DNA of 21,353 nt from the UHGV virus genome UHGV-0019869; one strand, written 5' to 3'. Shown here one piece after another: positions 16,514 through 21,353 of this stretch. The position numbers were made by a program, and so were the translations under genes. The notes beneath the pieces were generated by a model, which made no database searches, was not told where the DNA came from, and saw nothing but the letters and a program-made list of their open reading frames with translations. Origin of the DNA: a virus. How positions within the stretch are numbered: the stretch's first letter is position 1; the number at the start of each line of letters is the position of its first letter.

Positions 16514-18712
16514 TTACTGCTGTGGTTGTTGCTGAGTTGATTTTTGCAGGATGCTGCTGATGTCCATGCGCTGCGCATGTCCCTGTGCCTGACTTTTCAG
16601 GACAAGCTCTGCATCAGCACGGGCATTGTCTCCTTGCTGTTGCTGGAACTGTCCGAGCAGTTTCAGAGCCTCGCGGATATCAGATTTCTGCTGGCTATCG
16701 GCAGATGCGAGGATTTTCACAACGTTTGCCGCTGCAACCTGAGCATCAGTCTGTGCCTGGAATGCTTTAACCTGAATGGCTGCCTGTTCGTTCTGCGCTT
16801 TCTGCAATTCAGCCTGACCAGCAAGAAGCTGACCTTGCGCTGCAACCATAGCCGGATCTGGCTGACTGGCCTGTTGTTGTTTCGCCTGTTCAACCATCTG
16901 CTGTTCTTCAGGCGTTCTCGGCTTGATAACGCCAGACAGAAGCAACTGATTGCGGTTGTATTCTTTCAGGTCGTCCATCCCTTCGCCGTCCATATTGTCG
17001 AGAATCATCGACGATACAAGGTCATGCTTCGGCGTTCCTGGCGGGATAAGTGCCAGCATGGAAAGTAACGACTTAACCGTTGCATCACGGCGAGTAGCGA
17101 ACGACTGACCAACATCGACAGTCACTTCATAGTTACCCTGCGAAAGGTCGTTAAGCGCGATAACCTGCCCTGTCTGACGGTCAATCACTTCACCAGTCAT
17201 CAGCGCCACGTCATCGCTGCCGTCCTCATTAACGATGCGCATTGGCGTATCGCTGCCATAGACCTCACGCGCCATAGAAAGCCACACAACGCCAGCGCGG
17301 CGCATGGATTTAGCCATGTTGTCCATGTAGATATAGGACTGCGTGTCCATCCTGTTAAAGATGCTATCAACGGTATCGGTGGCGACGTTGCTCGGCATGT
17401 TCTCAAGCTGCGACGCACCTGTAATTTGCTGAATAGCCGTTCCGGTGTACTGCAATAGCCCGGCAAGAGCTGGCGGCATTTGTGTCGGAGGCGTATAACT
17501 GCTGACCTGAGCCTGCGCAGTAATATCTCCGTTTTTGTTTTTCAGACTGACCATCGGCAGGAACGCCGGGCGCTTTTTGTTGCGCTCCGCCCAATGAGTG
17601 GCAAGAGGACCAGGAATCATGTCAACATCAACTACAGGAATGCCATCGCCGCCAGCCTGAGTGGCGTTATCTGCAATCATGGAAACCATCAGGTTCTCAA
17701 GACGCTGTGCATCCATCGCTTTTGCAGCGTGGCCTTCGATTCGCTCCTGATTATCAACAAATGAGCGACGCCCATATACCGGGATGAGAGGAATATGTTC
17801 ACCCGGAATACGCTTCGGTTCTTCCAGCCATTCAGCGCCAGACAGAAGACCGCAATAAACGCGGCGTTTCTTCACTGTCCGCTCGCCAATCAGTTCGAAT
17901 GCGCCATCGGTCAGCTCGTCGACAATATCTTTGATTTGATATTCATCATAGATTGCCGTTTCTCCGCTAACAGGGTTACGCCATGCTGTGAGCTTCACCT
18001 TCTCTATGCGAACTTCGTAGTAGCGACCAACATAGATAGCATCAGGAGTTGACCAGTCATATTGAGTGCCAGTGTCATCACGAGAAAGGCTTGCCGCGAT
18101 GGAATCAGGGTATTCAGCCTCGAACGCTTTAGGCGTCATGGAGAACATTTCCATAGCCCACATAGCATCAGAGCGGTCATATTGCTTGCTGTCCTGATCG
18201 AAGAAGACGCATGTCGCTGGGTCGTAAACAGGAAGAAGGCTGATGCGTCGCTGCTCGTTACTCGGATCCATTTCATCTTCGTAATCGGCACACATGCGGA
18301 AACAACCGAATCCGCCCGTTACAGCATCATCAAATGCGTTATCACACGCTTCGCCACCGGATGTTTCCTGATAATCAGCGCGGAATTTGCCGTTCATCTT
18401 TTCGGCTAACGCTTCCGATGCCTTATCGTCCTTCGGTCTGAATTTAACGCTGATGCGATTCTGTCGATACTCGCCAATGATGCGATCACATTCACGGGCA
18501 ATCTTATTCAGTTCAAAGCGCGGATAATGCTCAAACCTGCCTTCATCAAATGAGTAACCAGCGTTTGTGCTGCCTTCCCACTGTGCGCCGGACACCCTGA
18601 CGAAGCGTTGAGCTTCTATAATCTGCTCACGCATATCCTGCGTTGCTGACCAGGCATTATCAAAGTTGCACAGCACCTTGCGATGCCAGTCAGTCATCTT
18701 TTTTTCTGCCAT
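16514..18712 (-). CDS. Portal protein, P22 gp1-like, 732 aa
   Basis: The C-terminal region PEEQQMVEQAKQQQASQPDPAMVAAQGQLLAGQAELQKAQNEQ aligns with the P22 portal [42 protein letters not shown]. Length matches (about 725 aa in P22). Confidence 0.93.
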   Translation of the reverse strand: MAEKKMTDWHRKVLCNFDNAWSATQDMREQIIEAQRFVRVSGAQWEGSTNAGYSFDEGRFEHYPRFELNKIARECDRIIGEYRQNRISVKFRPKDDKASEALAEKMNGKFRADYQETSGGEACDNAFDDAVTGGFGCFRMCADYEDEMDPSNEQRRISLLPVYDPATCVFFDQDSKQYDRSDAMWAMEMFSMTPKAFEAEYPDSIAASLSRDDTGTQYDWSTPDAIYVGRYYEVRIEKVKLTAWRNPVSGETAIYDEYQIKDIVDELTDGAFELIGERTVKKRRVYCGLLSGAEWLEEPKRIPGEHIPLIPVYGRRSFVDNQERIEGHAAKAMDAQRLENLMVSMIADNATQAGGDGIPVVDVDMIPGPLATHWAERNKKRPAFLPMVSLKNKNGDITAQAQVSSYTPPTQMPPALAGLLQYTGTAIQQITGASQLENMPSNVATDTVDSIFNRMDTQSYIYMDNMAKSMRRAGVVWLSMAREVYGSDTPMRIVNEDGSDDVALMTGEVIDRQTGQVIALNDLSQGNYEVTVDVGQSFATRRDATVKSLLSMLALIPPGTPKHDLVSSMILDNMDGEGMDDLKEYNRNQLLLSGVIKPRTPEEQQMVEQAKQQQASQPDPAMVAAQGQLLAGQAELQKAQNEQAAIQVKAFQAQTDAQVAAANVVKILASADSQQKSDIREALKLLGQFQQQQGDNARADAELVLKSQAQGHAQRMDISSILQKSTQQQPQQ

Positions 18713-18713
18713 A

Positions 18714-20129
18714 TCAACCTACACCACAAGGAATTGAGTAACTGGAATAGTCGGGTTGCGCAGCCGACTCCGGGCAATGCATACACATCATCAACGCATC
18801 AGCCAGGTTAGGAGATGGAATACCGAGCTTCTGCTTCATTTCGACCTTAGTCATAAGCTCCAGCTTCCCGTTATTATTGAATTTGCGCTGAATCTGCGTC
18901 AGTTCTGCAAACAGCTTCTCCAGCATCTTCTCGCCTATCGCTTCTTTGTCGAAACTCAGCATGTCGTCGGGGTCTGCATACTCACCGTGGACAACCGCCC
19001 GATATGTCAGATACAGCCTGTCAGCCAGCGCGTAATAGAATTGCGCTCGCTTATTGCGGAACACATCGCCAATAGTGCGAACGTTGTCGCCCTGTACGAC
19101 TTCATCAGCCCATGCTCCGGCCTGATACGGTGCATCTTCATCGAATGGCGATTCGCTGCCCTTGAACATCGTGGCGGTGATTTTCTTGCCGGAGAACGCT
19201 TCCGTTGTCTGTCTGCGTAGCCCGGCACCAACACCATCACCATCCCACAGGTAATGGTCAGCGCCGTCTTCAATCGCCAGCGAAGTAGCCCAGTCAGCAC
19301 CCTCGTTGATGTCCATCAGCAGACCTTCGGCAATGCGCTTAACCACCGAACCGTGACGCGATGCATAACCTTTAGCATCTGGCCCTGTATCTGATGGGTC
19401 ATGCGCAGAGACAACAGCGCCTTTCGCTTTCCATCCGAGTTTCTTGTGCGCATCGGTTGCTGCTTCAAGCCATTCACGTTTGATGATTGCCATATCACTT
19501 GCGCTTACTGGCTCACCAAGCCAGATGTGACGATACAGTGTCGGATTTCTGCGTTTACACTCTTCCATCTCCAGACGGAGAACCTCAGGAAAGTGCGGGT
19601 TGTCGGTGTAGTTCACCGTCAGCAGGCAAATATCATCGGGAGGATTTACAACGAATCGCTGATAGGTATCGTCGAGTATGTTCTTCGGGTTAAAGCTCAC
19701 CCATATTTCAGAGAACGGCTTACGGATGGTTGGTATCAGGATATCCCATGATTCCTTCGTTACCGCTTCCGCTTCTTCCACCCAGCAGATATCAATGCCT
19801 TCGAGCGATTTAATCTTCGTCGGGTTGTTTTTGATGCCGTAGAACATGAATTCAGCATTCGTTCCGAGATGGCGAATCATGGAACGCTGAATTTCAAACT
19901 CAGCCGAATACCCTTCCCGCTCGATGGTGTCTTCAAGCAACCGGATTACCGAATCGCTGATACTGTTTTGCAGTTCACGAGCGCAGAGAATACGCACAGG
20001 CTGTCGGCGCGCCGCTTCAACAAGCAGCCTCGCAATTGCCCATGATTTACCGCTACCTCGACCGCCTTTGGCGACTTTGTAGCGATGCGCCTCAATGAAC
20101 GGTTCAAAGATAGGATTAATCGAGGTCAT
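18714..20129 (-). CDS. Terminase large subunit, 471 aa
   Basis: Walker A-like KVAKGGRGSGKSWAIARLL near the N-terminus, acidic nuclease-type motifs at the C-terminus, position immediately upstream of the portal. Resembles Sf6-type TerL rather than P22 gp2 in length. Confidence 0.93.
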   Translation of the reverse strand: MTSINPIFEPFIEAHRYKVAKGGRGSGKSWAIARLLVEAARRQPVRILCARELQNSISDSVIRLLEDTIEREGYSAEFEIQRSMIRHLGTNAEFMFYGIKNNPTKIKSLEGIDICWVEEAEAVTKESWDILIPTIRKPFSEIWVSFNPKNILDDTYQRFVVNPPDDICLLTVNYTDNPHFPEVLRLEMEECKRRNPTLYRHIWLGEPVSASDMAIIKREWLEAATDAHKKLGWKAKGAVVSAHDPSDTGPDAKGYASRHGSVVKRIAEGLLMDINEGADWATSLAIEDGADHYLWDGDGVGAGLRRQTTEAFSGKKITATMFKGSESPFDEDAPYQAGAWADEVVQGDNVRTIGDVFRNKRAQFYYALADRLYLTYRAVVHGEYADPDDMLSFDKEAIGEKMLEKLFAELTQIQRKFNNNGKLELMTKVEMKQKLGIPSPNLADALMMCMHCPESAAQPDYSSYSIPCGVG

Positions 20130-20653
20130 TTTCCAAATAGAGTGCTCATCGGTGATGTTTCAATCTGAATTGCGCCGCCGTCTTTGCCTGTTAATTCGTG
20201 AGAAGCTTGTTCTTTAAACGCCTGAACAGAAACATGCTTACCAAGAAGTTCGAGGTTTTTAACCTTATCAGGCCATTTGATTTTCTTCAGAAGTGCGGCG
20301 CTATCTGCGGATACCATCTCCACGACATCCATTCCTGATAGCGTTGTGCGCCATACCTTAGGCCAGTCTTTAATTGGCTTTAACTCGCCGTTTTGCAGGA
20401 GAATGTCGAGCACATCCATCTGGTCGATTTCAATAAGGCGATTAAGTACATATTCTGCGTTAATACCAACAAGATCATTGCGTTGCGCTTTCAGTTCGGC
20501 GATTCTTAACTTGATGTCATGTTTTGACAGGTTTTCGGATGCGGTACGGTTAGCTGTCTTTGCGCTGTACCCCGCCCGAATAGCCGCTTGCGTGGCGTTT
20601 AAATCGATGAGGTACTCGCGACAGAACATTTCTTGTTTGTCGGTGAGTGCCAT
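20126..20653 (-). CDS. Terminase small subunit (P27 / Terminase_2-like family), 175 aa
   Basis: The N-terminal LTDKQEMFCREYLIDLNATQAAIRAGYS motif is characteristic of this small-terminase family. ATGA overlap with the TerL start. Confidence 0.85.
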   Translation of the reverse strand: MALTDKQEMFCREYLIDLNATQAAIRAGYSAKTANRTASENLSKHDIKLRIAELKAQRNDLVGINAEYVLNRLIEIDQMDVLDILLQNGELKPIKDWPKVWRTTLSGMDVVEMVSADSAALLKKIKWPDKVKNLELLGKHVSVQAFKEQASHELTGKDGGAIQIETSPMSTLFGK

Positions 20654-20690
20654 TGCTTATTCTCTTTATTTAGTTAAACTATCTCCCTAC

Positions 20691-20706
20691 GAGCCCATAG
20701 GGAGTG
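20691..20706. repeat. Left copy of a 16-bp perfect inverted repeat (gagcccatagggagtg)
   Basis: Exact reverse complement of 20941-20956, read from the sequence. It also lies within a local palindrome ctccctacgagcccatagggag. Confidence 0.6.
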
Positions 20707-20825
20707 CCGGAAGCGATATCGTTCAAGTGGTGAAAAACATTACAGCAGTAGGACTTTTGTTTTATCCACTGATACCAAAAGCAGTAAAAGTTGTTAGCGA
20801 TATAGCCAAAAGCAAGGGGGTTGCC

Positions 20826-20969
20826 ATGAGGAAATATTCAGAAAAATTCATGAATACGGTAAAACGCTTAACCTCGAATACCGAAGAACTCACCATGGTC
20901 GATGTCGCTCTCTTCTACCTCGGGGGCTGGGTTACGTTCCCACTCCCTATGGGCTCAAATCCATCCTAA
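20826..20969 (+). CDS. Possible small ORF (47 aa) with a strong Shine-Dalgarno sequence, inside the inverted-repeat-bounded element
   Basis: AAGGGGG at 20814-20820 lies 5 nt before the ATG at 20826. The product has a hydrophobic C-terminus (LFYLGGWVTFPLPMG). It is on the strand opposite to the late operon. Speculative. Confidence 0.3.
   Translation: MRKYSEKFMNTVKRLTSNTEELTMVDVALFYLGGWVTFPLPMGSNPS
20941..20956. repeat. Right copy of the 16-bp perfect inverted repeat (cactccctatgggctc)
   Basis: Exact reverse complement of 20691-20706. Confidence 0.6.
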
Positions 20970-21249
20970 ACTCAATATAACCAATTCGTTTCTGCCTCAC
21001 ATATTGTGCTTTTACTCATTGTCGAGACCGCTCATTGAATGGCCTCTGCAATAACCGATGTCTTTCCATCAGTCCGCCACCACAAAGAATCTTTTTTGCC
21101 ATAAGGCTGGAGGTTCATCTTTCAGTGGCTGCCAGTGTTATTTCCCCGCTTACTGGCTTGGGTTGTTTCGTGGTACTGCCGTTAACTGGTGGCCCAGAAT
21201 AAATTCCGGTTTCATTATCAAGCCCACCCGTAAATGGGCTTTGTAATGG

Positions 21250-21353
21250 CTACTTCGCTTTTGCTTCCGCTCGCTTACGCCGGCGCTCTTCTTTCCTCTC
21301 GGCTTTTGCCATGTCCATGAATGCCTGCATGATCGAGTTCCGCATCATGTAGC
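21250..21353 (-). CDS. 3' end of an upstream late-operon gene (partial, runs off the window), product unknown
   Basis: The minus-strand frame is open from the window edge to the TAG at 21250-21252. The basic C-terminus reads ...MAKAERKEERRRKRAEAKAK. Too short for the ORF track. Confidence 0.4.
   Translation of the reverse strand, partial: YMMRNSIMQAFMDMAKAERKEERRRKRAEAKAK

Noticed and set aside
16544-17068. 174-aa plus-strand ORF (and other plus-strand ORFs at 17480-18409)
   Set aside because: Antisense to the portal gene, whose identity is secure. Low-complexity Leu/Arg-rich translation.
18756-19751. Plus-strand ORFs of 154, 116 and 68 aa
   Set aside because: Antisense to the terminase large-subunit gene; shadow ORFs.
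20277-20969. 230-aa plus-strand ORF
   Set aside because: Most of it is antisense to the small terminase gene. Only the 3' portion downstream of the SD-preceded ATG at 20826 was kept, as a low-confidence small ORF.
21058-21246. 62-aa plus-strand ORF
   Set aside because: No RBS and a Cys/Trp-rich product; it looks like a chance ORF. The minus-strand partial CDS to its right is more plausible.
1-21353. CRISPR array, rRNA or tRNA genes
   Set aside because: No regularly spaced direct repeats and no cloverleaf-like segment were seen by eye. tRNA absence is not definitive without tRNAscan-SE.

Overview
This window is the late (virion morphogenesis) arm and immI region of a P22-like (Lederbergvirus-type) temperate podophage, most likely a prophage in an enterobacterial genome. 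A single minus-strand block runs from small and large terminase through portal, scaffold, coat, head-completion proteins (gp4/gp10/gp26-like), gp14-like and the three ejection proteins (gp7/gp20/gp16-like). It is followed by the immI module (mnt, operators, arc, ant) and a mosaic tailspike. Three AT-rich accessory insertions stand out. (1) A plus-strand cassette between mnt and the gp16-like gene, at the position P22 uses for sieA, encodes a 239-aa unknown protein translationally coupled to a PIN-domain nuclease plus a small membrane protein; this is the best candidate for an undescribed prophage-encoded defence or exclusion system. (2) An extra 73-aa ORF sits between arc and ant, coupled to arc. 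(3) A hexapeptide-repeat acetyltransferase lies beyond the tailspike and is a candidate lysogenic-conversion gene. All calls rest on reading the ORF translations and recalled family features; no database search was run, and G+C statements are hand counts of a few sampled 60-nt lines.
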